DNA of 62,264 nt. Origin: a virus (Duplodnaviria > Caudoviricetes). Location: the IMG/VR virus record IMGVR_UViG_3300050011_000078, positions 1 to 62,264 of that record, one strand, 5' to 3'. Positions 1-8,960 of this stretch are shown here, one piece after another (position 1 is the stretch's first letter; the number at the start of each line of letters is the position of its first letter). Under the pieces are notes generated by a model that did no database searches, had not been told where the DNA came from, and worked only from the letters and a program-made list of their open reading frames with translations. The position numbers were made by a program, and so were the translations under genes.

Positions 1-233
1 ATCTTTTTCCTCGTGCTGGCGTAGCGCGGGCTTTTGCCGAAAATCATAGCCAGCCCTCCGGGTCGTCATCGCGGAGCTCCAGCGGATTGCGCAATTCCCA
101 ATCGGCCCAAACCACAAGGCTGGCGATCGCGGCGGCGATGGCGGCGGCGATCATTGCGCACACAGGGCGTAAGCGAAGACCAGCAGACCGGCTAAGCCGA
201 TAAGCGTCAGAATCGCGTCGCGAATGTCGGCGA

Positions 234-557
234 TCATCGGCGCGCCTCCTCGCGAAGCTTGATAGCCTTCGCGACTCTGTTCCCCGCGGACGACAATTCG
301 CTGTAGCGGTCATTGCCGATTGAACTGATAGGCGAAGCCCATGCCGCTCCGCGAAGGCGACTCAATTCCGCCCGCAATTCATCCATCGACATTTTCGAAA
401 GGCGGTTGGCCTCGCGCTCGCGCTCGATCAAAATCTGGCGCGCCTTAATGCGAGCCCATGCCGGCCAAGCGTCTTCGCCTAACTGTTTCGCGAGAACATC
501 AACCTCGTGCGGGTCAATAACCGGCTCAAAAGAGGCGACGAGGGAAAGGGCGTTCAT
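234..557 (-). CDS. hypothetical early-left protein
   Basis: ATG at 557 preceded by GGAG; first gene downstream of the leftward promoter and operators. Confidence 0.7.
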   Translation of the reverse strand: MNALSLVASFEPVIDPHEVDVLAKQLGEDAWPAWARIKARQILIEREREANRLSKMSMDELRAELSRLRGAAWASPISSIGNDRYSELSSAGNRVAKAIKLREEARR

Positions 558-587
558 GTCGGGCGCTCCAATCAGGTGACTGGAGGG

Positions 588-630
588 AGTAAACAACAAC
601 TCGTTGTGCTTGTCAACAACAAAATGTTGT
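588..630 (-). promoter_or_regulatory. PL-like promoter with two operators ACAAC-N5-GTTGT (593-607, 616-630)
   Basis: Two palindromic half-site pairs flank a minus-strand TTGACA (611-616). Confidence 0.8.
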
Positions 631-651
631 ATCACGCGAACCTGGATTGGC

Positions 652-984
652 CTAAAAGGAATCTGGCGTCTCTTCAGGCGCGCTTGGTGATGGTTGATTG
701 AAGGCGATGGTCGTTTCGCGCTGACGAGGCTGCTCTGGCAACGATCTAATGGCAATGTCGCCGAACATAATGAAATCCACAGGCACACCTAATTTGGTGC
801 GAATTATTTTCCATGTGCTGATTTTCGGCTCTCGAAGCCCCTGTTCGTAGTTATTGTATCGCTGCTGAGACATTCCGACAGATTTTGCGAAATCGGTTTG
901 GTTGTCGGTAACCATCATTCGCGCGGCAGTGAGACGCTTGGCCCAGGCCGGTAGATTAGCTGGTGCTTTATGATTTCTCGTCAT
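652..984 (-). CDS. cI: CI-like XRE-family HTH repressor (no peptidase domain)
   Basis: QTDFAKSVGMSQQRYNNYEQGLREP HTH; divergent from cro; flanked by operators. Confidence 0.85.
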   Translation of the reverse strand: MTRNHKAPANLPAWAKRLTAARMMVTDNQTDFAKSVGMSQQRYNNYEQGLREPKISTWKIIRTKLGVPVDFIMFGDIAIRSLPEQPRQRETTIAFNQPSPSAPEETPDSF

Positions 985-1015
985 AGTTAATTGTGGTTCG
1001 CAGCCGGTTTCTCGT

Positions 1016-1062
1016 CCAACAACGATTTGTGCTTGACATGAACAACAAAGCGTTGTTATCTG
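1016..1062 (+). promoter_or_regulatory. PR-like promoter with operator (1042-1056 perfect, 1016-1030 degenerate)
   Basis: TTGACA 1033-1038, 17-bp spacer containing ACAACAAAGCGTTGT, TTATCT -10 just upstream of the cro ATG. Confidence 0.8.
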
Positions 1063-1067
1063 TGGAC

Positions 1068-1274
1068 ATGGATCTGAAAACCTACCTCAGAGAAAACAAT
1101 ACGGATGCCGCGGCGTTCGCGATCCGCGTCCGCGTGACCAAGGAGGCCGTAAGGCTTTGGATTTCAGGCGGTCGGACGCCGCGACCAATCATCATGCGAC
1201 GAATTGTTGATGAGACGAATGGAGCCGTTACGCCGAACGATTTTCTGCCGTCAGGCAGCGAGGTCGCCGCATGA
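1068..1274 (+). CDS. cro: Cro-like HTH regulator
   Basis: MDLKTYL..AAFA..V.VT.EAV..W..G.R.P..TNGAVTPNDF, typical alphaproteobacterial phage Cro. Confidence 0.85.
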   Translation: MDLKTYLRENNTDAAAFAIRVRVTKEAVRLWISGGRTPRPIIMRRIVDETNGAVTPNDFLPSGSEVAA

Positions 1275-1780
1275 GCCAAGGCTTCGTCTATGCCATCCAG
1301 AGCGGCGCGCTCGTCAAAATCGGCTTTTCCGCGAAGCCTCGCCTTCGCCTGACGAAGATCAATTCCGACGCCAGCGGCCCCTGTCGGCTGCTTGGATATG
1401 TCGCGGCGACGAAGGCGCAAGAGGCGCAGCTCCATGGTTTGCTGGCCCCGCATCGCGCCTACGGAGAATGGTTTAGCCGTGAAGGGTTGGTCGAGCATTT
1501 TCTGTCCAAGCTCCCATTTCCAGAAAAAACGGTGCAACGCCGCAAAAGGAGCTCCACGGCTGCGGATCACCCAATTTATAAATACAGAGAGGCACTAGGA
1601 CTGAGTTTGCGAGCTCTATCAGGACTTTGCGGGATAACATCGTCAGAACTTTCTAGATTTGAAAATGGCAAGCGGCCACCGTCCCCCGCTATGGCAAAGC
1701 GGATTGTCGTCGCAACCGGAGGCATCGTTTCACAGCATCAACTCCGGCCAGATATCTGGCCGGCGCAGGCCGCCGAATGA
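1271..1780 (+). CDS. T5orf172/GIY-YIG-like domain fused to XRE HTH
   Basis: FVYAIQ..VKIGFS..P..RL..EAQLH..GEWF; C-terminal LSLRALSGLCGITSSELSRFENG. Confidence 0.75.
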   Translation: MSQGFVYAIQSGALVKIGFSAKPRLRLTKINSDASGPCRLLGYVAATKAQEAQLHGLLAPHRAYGEWFSREGLVEHFLSKLPFPEKTVQRRKRSSTAADHPIYKYREALGLSLRALSGLCGITSSELSRFENGKRPPSPAMAKRIVVATGGIVSQHQLRPDIWPAQAAE

Positions 1781-1980
1781 GCGACACCCGCGCGCCAAAC
1801 AGGCATGAGCGTTGGCCGCTCGTCGCCGAAAAGCAGGCCACCATCATCGCAGGCCTGGACGAAATCATTGCGGAGCTTACGGCCTCTATTCTCCGCAAGG
1901 ACGAACGAATTGCCGAACTTACGACATGTCTCCATACGGTCGGCGCGCTGATCGGCAGGTTTGACCGAGGCCGCGCATGA
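1777..1980 (+). CDS. hypothetical protein
   Basis: ATGA-coupled ORF in the early operon. Confidence 0.55.
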   Translation: MSDTRAPNRHERWPLVAEKQATIIAGLDEIIAELTASILRKDERIAELTTCLHTVGALIGRFDRGRA

Positions 1981-2213
1981 ATCATCCTCACGCATGCCGC
2001 GCCTGCGGCCAGACGACCTACGAGCGCCGCACGGTCACCCATGATGGGACCGTGATCTGGGCCAACGTCTGCGACTGCGGTCACGTCGAATCCTTCTCTT
2101 TGAATTTCTCAGCTTCGGCCGCGAGGCCGGAGGTTTCCTCCCAAAGACTTGGCGACGGCCCGCGTACCGGGCCGTCGCCTTTTTTGGATCGCGCCGAAGG
2201 CATCCGAACATAG
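1977..2213 (+). CDS. small zinc-ribbon protein
   Basis: CxxC ... CxCGH; ATGA-coupled. Confidence 0.5.
   Translation: MNHPHACRACGQTTYERRTVTHDGTVIWANVCDCGHVESFSLNFSASAARPEVSSQRLGDGPRTGPSPFLDRAEGIRT
2151..2185 (+). terminator. Rho-independent terminator (tR1-like)
   Basis: GGCGACGGCCCG/CGGGCCGTCGCC 12-bp stem followed by T6. Confidence 0.75.
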
Positions 2214-2276
2214 TTAACATGTATCGTTAATGAATTTGCGAATGCGCAAATAGTCTTTGAGGGGGAAGCAAAACCA

Positions 2277-2606
2277 ATGTCCGCGTTTGTCGAGGAGGCC
2301 GCTGAAAAAGCCAGTTGGCTTGTGCGCCGCGAGATGCGCGGAACGGGCGATCTCCACAACGCGATGCGGCGAATAGAAACGCGCTTTGGCATTCCATACG
2401 GAGCGCTGTGGAGCCTTCGTTATCGACGCCCCGGCGACATGCTTGTTTCAATTTATGCCCGCATATGCGTGGCCTACGAGGCGGAAGTTGAAAAACAGAG
2501 AAACCTGCTCGACGCGAACTCGCAATCTCAAAAGCAAAGACCAGGATTGGCTCGATTATGGATCGCGCGGCTCATTGCCTGGGCGCGACGGACGATGAGG
2601 CTGTGA
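2277..2606 (+). CDS. phage regulatory protein (CII position)
   Basis: RGTGDLHNAMRRIETRFGIPYGALWSLRYR HTH-like motif. Confidence 0.55.
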   Translation: MSAFVEEAAEKASWLVRREMRGTGDLHNAMRRIETRFGIPYGALWSLRYRRPGDMLVSIYARICVAYEAEVEKQRNLLDANSQSQKQRPGLARLWIARLIAWARRTMRL

Positions 2607-2818
2607 CATGACTGCCATCACGGGAGGCGAGGCAAATGACTGTGCATGATCTTATCGACAAGCTCAAGGCGGACCTGCGGCGGTCAGTCGACGCACGAGA
2701 GCCCGAAGGCTGGGGTATCCCCATCAGCAAGGCGGATCTGCGCATGCTGATTGCCGCGATCGAGCTCGAGCCCGAGCATCATCACCTGTTGGCAGCCACG
2801 CATGCTCTTGGCTGATGA

Positions 2819-3082
2819 ATGCGGTCAATCAATGGAGTCAGAATGACCGCTCACACTCTGCGGGATCATCGGATGCACGAGCGGTGTAGCGCGCTCATGA
2901 CAAGGCTGGATCGCATGCGCGATTCCCCCACGCAAAGGCCGGACGTGATTTTTGAATTCGTGAAGGCCGAAATCAAGGCGGCGCTGGAGACCGACAGCCG
3001 AAGGGTTGCGCCGGACTCGGCTCAGAAAACCATCCACCCGTCCATGGCATCGCCATACGGCGTGCGGATTCTCCTAACTTAG
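2819..3082 (+). CDS. hypothetical protein
   Basis: ORF in operon orientation. Confidence 0.4.
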   Translation: MRSINGVRMTAHTLRDHRMHERCSALMTRLDRMRDSPTQRPDVIFEFVKAEIKAALETDSRRVAPDSAQKTIHPSMASPYGVRILLT

Positions 3083-3104
3083 ATTGAGATTGGACTGTAG
3101 AAAA

Positions 3105-3878
3105 GTGAACGATATTCCGTTTCATCCGCTCTCGGAAATTTTCCCGCTAATCGAAGGTGCGGACTTCGATGCGTTGCGCGACGACATCGCAAAAAACGGT
3201 GTGTTGGAGCCTATCGTTCTAATGGACGGCCAAATCATTGACGGGCGCAACAGATATCTTGCAGCGCTTGCCGCTGACGTCGAATGCCCAACCACGATTT
3301 ACGAAGGAAACGATCCGCTCGGACTCGTCATTTCGCTGAATCTCAAGCGGCGGCATTTGAGCGAGTCGCAGCGCGCAATGGTGGCGTCGGCGCTGGCGAA
3401 TATGAAGTCTGGTGAAAGAACAGACCTACCCTCAATTGAGGGAAGGTCAATATCGCAGGGTGATGCGGCGAAACTCTTGAATGTTGGTGTTGCTTCTGTT
3501 GAGCGCGCCGCCAACGTCCGCGCCAACGGCACAGCCGAGCTAATCAGCGCCGTGCAACAAGGTCGGCTTGCCGTAAGCGAAGCCGCCAAAATGTCCAAAG
3601 CGGCGCCGGAAGTTCAGCGCGCCATCGTCGCCAAGGTGAATGCTGGCGTGAAACCCATGGAGGCGGCTAGGCAGGTCACAGCGGCAGTGAAGGCGGAACG
3701 CAGGGTAGCGCTTCCAGACGGCAAATACCGCATCCTCTATGCCGACCCGCCGTGGTCCTATGGAAACACTCAGCCGGACTATCACACCGAGCAGCGAGAC
3801 CACTATACAATCAAAACGTTCTATCTGAGCCTAGAGTTTGTCAAAAATCACGCCATCAAATGCTTGGACGCAACATGA
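3105..3878 (+). CDS. ParB-like N-terminal domain fused to a truncated MT-A70-type methyltransferase
   Basis: HPLSEIFPL..IIDGRNRY..SLNLKRRHL; KYRILYADPPWSY, then the ORF ends about 40 aa later. Confidence 0.75.
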   Translation: MNDIPFHPLSEIFPLIEGADFDALRDDIAKNGVLEPIVLMDGQIIDGRNRYLAALAADVECPTTIYEGNDPLGLVISLNLKRRHLSESQRAMVASALANMKSGERTDLPSIEGRSISQGDAAKLLNVGVASVERAANVRANGTAELISAVQQGRLAVSEAAKMSKAAPEVQRAIVAKVNAGVKPMEAARQVTAAVKAERRVALPDGKYRILYADPPWSYGNTQPDYHTEQRDHYTIKTFYLSLEFVKNHAIKCLDAT

Positions 3879-4189
3879 CCGACATCGGACACAACAGCTT
3901 TGCGGGAGATCAGCTTCGCTCCTACATCGAGCGCATTGAAAGGCTCGGCGAAGAAAAGAAGGCGTTAGCGGACGATATCCGCGAGGTTTTCGGCGAAGCC
4001 AAGGCAACCGGCTTCGATGTCAAGATAATTCGCAGGATCATCGCCATCCGCAAGCAGGACGCGGACCAGCGCCGCGAAGAAGAGCAAATCTTAGACACAT
4101 ATTTGCGGGCGCTGGGTATCCTGAACGGCACGCCGCTCGGCGACGCCGCTATCAGGAATTTCAAGGATTCAACCATTTCGGAGCCTTAG
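3875..4189 (+). CDS. gapR: GapR/DUF2312 nucleoid-associated protein homolog
   Basis: DQLRSYIERIERLGEEKKALADDIREVFGEAKATGFDVKIIRRII signature. Confidence 0.9.
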   Translation: MTDIGHNSFAGDQLRSYIERIERLGEEKKALADDIREVFGEAKATGFDVKIIRRIIAIRKQDADQRREEEQILDTYLRALGILNGTPLGDAAIRNFKDSTISEP

Positions 4190-4218
4190 CGACTACCCAC
4201 CAACTTGGAGAATTTGAA

Positions 4219-4647
4219 ATGATGCCACTTTTCGCATTCACCTTCGCTGCCATGATTTCAACGGCAGCTTTCGCCAGTCCGCCGGAGACTCAACCCGCCC
4301 CTCCCCCTGATTGCGCCACTCTCGCCGCTGCGCGGGAATTCTTTTCCAGCCTCGAACAAAAAGCCGGCGCCACATTCGTCGACATACAAGGCGCGGACGC
4401 CGAAAAGTTAATGCTCGCGTGGAACAACCAGCCGCCGGTATCGCATGACGAAGCGCAAGAAATCCTCATCGCCGCGGTGCCGGCGGGAGCAACCTTCGTC
4501 TACGTTTTCGTCAACCACGGACAGGCGTGCGACGTCCGCTCCCTGCCAATCGCGCGGCTTACATCATGGCTGCGCGATGCCTTTGCTCCGACTCCAACCT
4601 CTCACCATGACGACGGCCGCGTAACGCCATGGAGCCCAGTGATATGA
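4219..4647 (+). CDS. secreted/periplasmic hypothetical protein
   Basis: N-terminal signal peptide (..STAAFA-S), two Cys, GGAG RBS. Confidence 0.65.
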   Translation: MMPLFAFTFAAMISTAAFASPPETQPAPPPDCATLAAAREFFSSLEQKAGATFVDIQGADAEKLMLAWNNQPPVSHDEAQEILIAAVPAGATFVYVFVNHGQACDVRSLPIARLTSWLRDAFAPTPTSHHDDGRVTPWSPVI

Positions 4648-5087
4648 GGGACAGGCGATGCTTTCTAACCCACTTCGCACTGTGCCTTGCCATGGCGGCT
4701 GGCGCTTTCTTTGCCTTCGTATACGGCCTGCCGCAACTCGTCTGGAACAGCGATCTCTCGCACATGACATCGGTTATCGCCGGGGTGTTTGTGGCGTCCT
4801 GCTTCTATCTGGGATGGCTTTCCTGGAACTTGTCGCCATCGACCGCATCAGCAACGGAAATCAAAGCGGAGTGGGGGTGGTTCGCGGAGGAGAAATTTGT
4901 CCGCATGGGCCTGTTTGGCACAGTGATCGGGTTGATCTTGCAGGCGAAGGTGCTGGCGACTGGCAGCGAAGGCTTAGGCCCGTTGTCGACGGCGTTCATG
5001 TCGACGGCGGTAGGTGTCCTGGCGAGCTTTTTGCTGGCTCTGCTTGCATTCAATATCACGAGTCATATTGAGCGGATGAAGCGATGA
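4644..5087 (+). CDS. MotA/TolQ/ExbB-like proton-channel subunit
   Basis: Multiple TM segments; MGLFGTVIGLI..GL..LSTAFMSTAVG motif. Confidence 0.7.
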   Translation: MRDRRCFLTHFALCLAMAAGAFFAFVYGLPQLVWNSDLSHMTSVIAGVFVASCFYLGWLSWNLSPSTASATEIKAEWGWFAEEKFVRMGLFGTVIGLILQAKVLATGSEGLGPLSTAFMSTAVGVLASFLLALLAFNITSHIERMKR

Positions 5088-5710
5088 AGCGCCGCTCGTC
5101 CAACGCCGGCTGGGTCTGTTTTACCGAGGTCATGACGACGGCGCTTATCGTCGTCATGGTCCTGGCGAGCACACACAAGGCCGAGGACACCGGCATCAAG
5201 CCGAAGGCTGAATATGTCGTCACGGCGGAATGGTCGCTCGATTCCGACGCCGACGTTGATCTTTGGGGCGTTCCGCCGCCGGGCGACAAGCCGGTATTCT
5301 ACAAGACCCGTGAGATCGGGCTGCTGGTGCTCGATCAAGACTGCCTCGGGTTTCCGAACACGATCGTTACGCTCGACGACAACACTCAAGTCAAAATGTC
5401 GTCCTGTAAAGAGACGATGACGCTGCGCGGGATTGTGCCGGGTCATTATGACTTCGGCGTGAATCTTTTCGCTTATCGCGATCGTGGGAACAGCACTGAT
5501 CCTCCGTCTGGAATCAAGGTTCACGTTGAAATCATCCAGATGAACCCGCGCGTGAAGGTTCTGTATGTGGGCGACGTCACGCTCGACCACCAGCGGCAGA
5601 CGATCAATTTCGCGAGTTTCGATCTTGGCCGCGATGCTTCGTTTCAGCGCGTCGATCCGCCGCTCGCGCCGATCACCGATCTTTTCTACAGAAACGGAGG
5701 CACGGAATGA
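5084..5710 (+). CDS. ExbD/MotB-like single-TM partner with periplasmic domain
   Basis: KRR..WVCFTEVMTTALIVVMVL TM with an acidic residue; DADVDLW, LDQDCLG motifs; coupled to the ExbB-like gene. Confidence 0.55.
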   Translation: MKRRSSNAGWVCFTEVMTTALIVVMVLASTHKAEDTGIKPKAEYVVTAEWSLDSDADVDLWGVPPPGDKPVFYKTREIGLLVLDQDCLGFPNTIVTLDDNTQVKMSSCKETMTLRGIVPGHYDFGVNLFAYRDRGNSTDPPSGIKVHVEIIQMNPRVKVLYVGDVTLDHQRQTINFASFDLGRDASFQRVDPPLAPITDLFYRNGGTE

Positions 5711-5853
5711 ACGTCAAGGAAATAATCAAATGGTGTCTGGTCGCCGCCGGGCTCGCCGCCGGGCTTAGCGCTCTTCTGATTTTCGCCGCGTGGGACGGCC
5801 CCTATGGTTGGAGGCTACATCAATACGACTGTCATCAGAGCTGCTATCGATGA
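5707..5853 (+). CDS. small membrane protein
   Basis: MNVKEIIKWCLVAAGLAAGLSALLIFAAWD..; GGAGG RBS; ATGA overlaps at both ends. Confidence 0.55.
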   Translation: MNVKEIIKWCLVAAGLAAGLSALLIFAAWDGPYGWRLHQYDCHQSCYR

Positions 5854-6095
5854 CCATCCGCATCATTTTCATCGCCTTCATGGTTGCTGGATTCCTGATT
5901 GGCTACGGGTGGCACCATACACACGTCGCAATTGAAGCCTCGGTTCCCGGTGGTAGCGGGAATGTCTTTATCGAATACCACGCGCCGTTGGCTGTGACTC
6001 ATTTCGGCACGAAAGAAGAATGCGAGTCGCGATGGATGGACATGCTCAAGAGTCCGCCTGCGCATGATCCAACATTCAAGTTTGGATGCTTTTGA
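5850..6095 (+). CDS. membrane-anchored hypothetical protein
   Basis: N-terminal TM; coupled. Confidence 0.55.
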   Translation: MTIRIIFIAFMVAGFLIGYGWHHTHVAIEASVPGGSGNVFIEYHAPLAVTHFGTKEECESRWMDMLKSPPAHDPTFKFGCF

Positions 6096-6598
6096 TGACC
6101 GGCCACGCTCAATTCATTCTCGCCCTCGGCGCATTCATGGTGGTCGCCGCGCTGATTGCCGCCGTCACCATCAAAGACAGCGGCGTTCGCTTTGGCTGGA
6201 AACTCGCGATTCCCGCCGCGCTTGTCGCGCTCGGATGCTGGACGCCGTTCACCGTCAATCAAATGATGGGCCTGCCGATTGATGCGGCGATGCGCGATCT
6301 GCCGCAGACCGCAGAGCTGATTTCTTTCATCCCGCACGACAAGGAAAAGCGCGTCGATCTTTGGTTGCTGTCAGGCGATGTCCCGCGCGCCTACAGCGCC
6401 CCATTAGATGAGCCGATGAAGAAAGCCCTGCAAGAGGCTGGCAAGCGCTCTGCGGCGCATCAGCGCGTCTATCTCAAGAAGGATGGAGGCAAGCCAGACA
6501 AGGGTGGCGGCGATCAGCATTTGAACTTCGACGCGCCCCATTATGTCATTGACGAAAGCGCTGTGTCGCATTTGCCCCCCAAAGACGGGGAAGGGTGA
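6095..6598 (+). CDS. two-TM membrane protein, probable third component of the ExbBD-like module
   Basis: Two N-terminal TMs, RVDLWL..PRAYSAP motif. Confidence 0.6.
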   Translation: MTGHAQFILALGAFMVVAALIAAVTIKDSGVRFGWKLAIPAALVALGCWTPFTVNQMMGLPIDAAMRDLPQTAELISFIPHDKEKRVDLWLLSGDVPRAYSAPLDEPMKKALQEAGKRSAAHQRVYLKKDGGKPDKGGGDQHLNFDAPHYVIDESAVSHLPPKDGEG

Positions 6599-6813
6599 TG
6601 ACTTGGGGCACTGCGCACGTCGAGGCCCACCGCAATCTGCGCGCAAAGATTCTCGCCAATCCGTTCGTGAGGATCATTCGCGAATCCCTTACGGACACCG
6701 AGGTCTATTTGCTTTTGGTGGCGAGCCCTCTGCTTTCGCCGGGATACCACGGCCAGCGAGAGTTGGTCATCGACGATAGCCCGGTGAGGTTTAAGCCATG
6801 GGTGGAAGCATGA
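6595..6813 (+). CDS. hypothetical protein
   Basis: GTGA-coupled ORF. Confidence 0.45.
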   Translation: MMTWGTAHVEAHRNLRAKILANPFVRIIRESLTDTEVYLLLVASPLLSPGYHGQRELVIDDSPVRFKPWVEA

Positions 6814-6847
6814 ACAATAAGCCAGATGAATACTCGGAGCGGCCGAA

Positions 6848-7399
6848 ATGAGGCAATGGCGCGATTGGCTTGAGGCCCATCCACTCGTGGCGGCGCGACT
6901 GCGCGCAGCCAAGGGAACGCGGGACTTCGACAAGATTGAAACCGAACTAAAGATCGTGGCCAGTGGATGCCCGTCGTTGTCGAGAAGGTCGCCAAGATCC
7001 GCGAAACGTTCGGCCCCGGTCGATGAGAAGACGATCCATGTCTCGGTTTACGAATGGTTGTGCCTCGTCCTTCCTGGCGCCCTGATATGGCATGTGCCGA
7101 ACGGCGGCAAGCGCGAGCCTCGCGAGGCGGCGAAGCTCAAAAAGATGGGCGTCGTTCCCGGCGCCACCGATTTGATGATCTTGGCCGCTGGCTACCCGCT
7201 CTTGTGTCTGGAAATCAAGACGCAGGCCGGACGCCTAACGGCCGATCAGCACGACTTTCACCTTCGGGTTCGAAAGAACGGCGGCAAGGTCTCAACCGTG
7301 AGAGGGATCGACGAAGCGCGCGCCGCTCTAAAGTCCTGGGGCGTCTTTACGCGCGAGTCCGCCTTTGGGCGCTTGCCTTGGGAGGCGATCGACCTGTGA
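6848..7399 (+). CDS. VRR-NUC-like nuclease
   Basis: WHVPNGGKR..LKKMGVVPGATDL..LEIKT..GRLTADQ; start uncertain. Confidence 0.85.
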   Translation: MRQWRDWLEAHPLVAARLRAAKGTRDFDKIETELKIVASGCPSLSRRSPRSAKRSAPVDEKTIHVSVYEWLCLVLPGALIWHVPNGGKREPREAAKLKKMGVVPGATDLMILAAGYPLLCLEIKTQAGRLTADQHDFHLRVRKNGGKVSTVRGIDEARAALKSWGVFTRESAFGRLPWEAIDL

Positions 7400-8787
7400 C
7401 CGATCGCTATGAGGAGTTTCTCGCACGCAAGCGTGTGGTCGATCCAATGACCGGCATGGTCGATGTTAAGATTATGCCCGCGTTCTTCAAGCCGCACCAG
7501 GCCGATATTACGCGGTGGGCGCTTAAGCGCGGGCGCGCGGCGATCTTTGCGGGGACTGGTCTCGGCAAAACTTTGATGGAGCTTGAATGGGCGCGTCAAG
7601 TCGTAGCCCATACCGGCAAGCCAGTCATCAGCCTAGCACCGCTTGCCGTCTCAAATCAACACATTCGCGAGGCCGATAAGTTCGGCATCCAAGCGACAAT
7701 CGTTCGCTCGCAGTCGGATGTGCGCGACGGAACGTCGATCACGAACTATCAAAAACTCCCGCACTTCGATCTATCGCAGTTTGGCGGCATATGCCTTGAC
7801 GAAAGCTCGATTCTCAAATCGGTAGATGGTCATTATCGGACGACGCTGATTCGTGAGGCCGCGCGCCTCCCGTTCCGTCTCGCAGCGACAGCGACGCCGG
7901 CCCCGAACGACTTCATGGAGCTTGGCAATCACGCCGAGTTTCTTGGCGTCATGTCCTATACCGATATGCTTGCCACGTTCTTTGTTCACGACGGCGGCGA
8001 GACTTCGAAGTGGCGGCTGAAGGGCCACGCCGAAGATGCGTTTTGGAAGTGGATGGCGTCATGGGCCGTCATGCTTCGGAAGCCGTCCGATCTCGGCTAT
8101 TCCAACGATGGTTACGACCTTCCGCCACTGAATGAATATCAGCACGTCGTCGGCGTGACCTATGAAGATGCCTGGGCAGGCGGGATGCTTTTCCCGACCG
8201 AGGCGCGCGGGCTTGGCGAGCGCATCTCTGCGCGGCGCGGCTCTGTCAATTCTCGCGTCGAATTGGCTTCTTCGATCACGCCTGCCGATAGGCCGTTCGT
8301 ATGGTGGTGCAACCTCAATTCCGAAAGTGACGCCGTCACCCGAAGCGTTCCCGGAGCCGTCGAAGTGCGCGGTTCGGATGATGATGACGATAAAGAGCGC
8401 AAGCTAGTTGATTTCAGCGAGGGACGGATTCGCGTCTTAGTGACGAAGCCTTCGATCTGCGGCCACGGGATGAATTGGCAGCATTGCGCCGATACCGGTT
8501 TCATCGGCGCGAGTGACAGTTTCGAACAGACCTATCAGGCCATTCGTCGTTTCTGGCGGTTCGGCCAGACTAAGCCCGTCAACGCGCATTTCATCGCAGC
8601 GGAAACTGAAGGCGCGGTGGTCGCGAACTATCGCCGCAAGGAAGCTGACGCGGATAGAATGGCAGCGGCCATGTGTCGGCATATGGCCGACCTTTCAAGC
8701 CAGAGCGTGCGCGGCATGACGCGCGATGCGGCAAGCTACAACGTTCGCGATTGTTCCGTTCCCTCTTTTTTGAGAGGCGCGGCATGA
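7396..8787 (+). CDS. SF2/SNF2-like DEAD-box helicase
   Basis: GTGLGKT, LDESS, ATATPAPND, GMNWQ, QAIRRFWRFGQ. Confidence 0.9.
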   Translation: MTDRYEEFLARKRVVDPMTGMVDVKIMPAFFKPHQADITRWALKRGRAAIFAGTGLGKTLMELEWARQVVAHTGKPVISLAPLAVSNQHIREADKFGIQATIVRSQSDVRDGTSITNYQKLPHFDLSQFGGICLDESSILKSVDGHYRTTLIREAARLPFRLAATATPAPNDFMELGNHAEFLGVMSYTDMLATFFVHDGGETSKWRLKGHAEDAFWKWMASWAVMLRKPSDLGYSNDGYDLPPLNEYQHVVGVTYEDAWAGGMLFPTEARGLGERISARRGSVNSRVELASSITPADRPFVWWCNLNSESDAVTRSVPGAVEVRGSDDDDDKERKLVDFSEGRIRVLVTKPSICGHGMNWQHCADTGFIGASDSFEQTYQAIRRFWRFGQTKPVNAHFIAAETEGAVVANYRRKEADADRMAAAMCRHMADLSSQSVRGMTRDAASYNVRDCSVPSFLRGAA

Positions 8788-8960
8788 TCACCAATTACAT
8801 ATACGCGCTAATTGATCCCGAAAGTGGTGACGCCTCTGACCAAGACGCGATCCGCACCGCCATTGCCGGCAAGCAAAAGGTCAAAGACCTAGCCGTCCGC
8901 TATGGCGTTCACCGCACGACGATCAGCAAAGTAAATATGGGGACGTACGATGCCCGTTAA
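8784..8960 (+). pseudogene. internally deleted GIY-YIG homing endonuclease remnant
   Basis: NYIYALIDP start joined directly to a C-terminal HTH (LAVRYGVHRTTISKV); no YIG or catalytic core. Confidence 0.55.
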
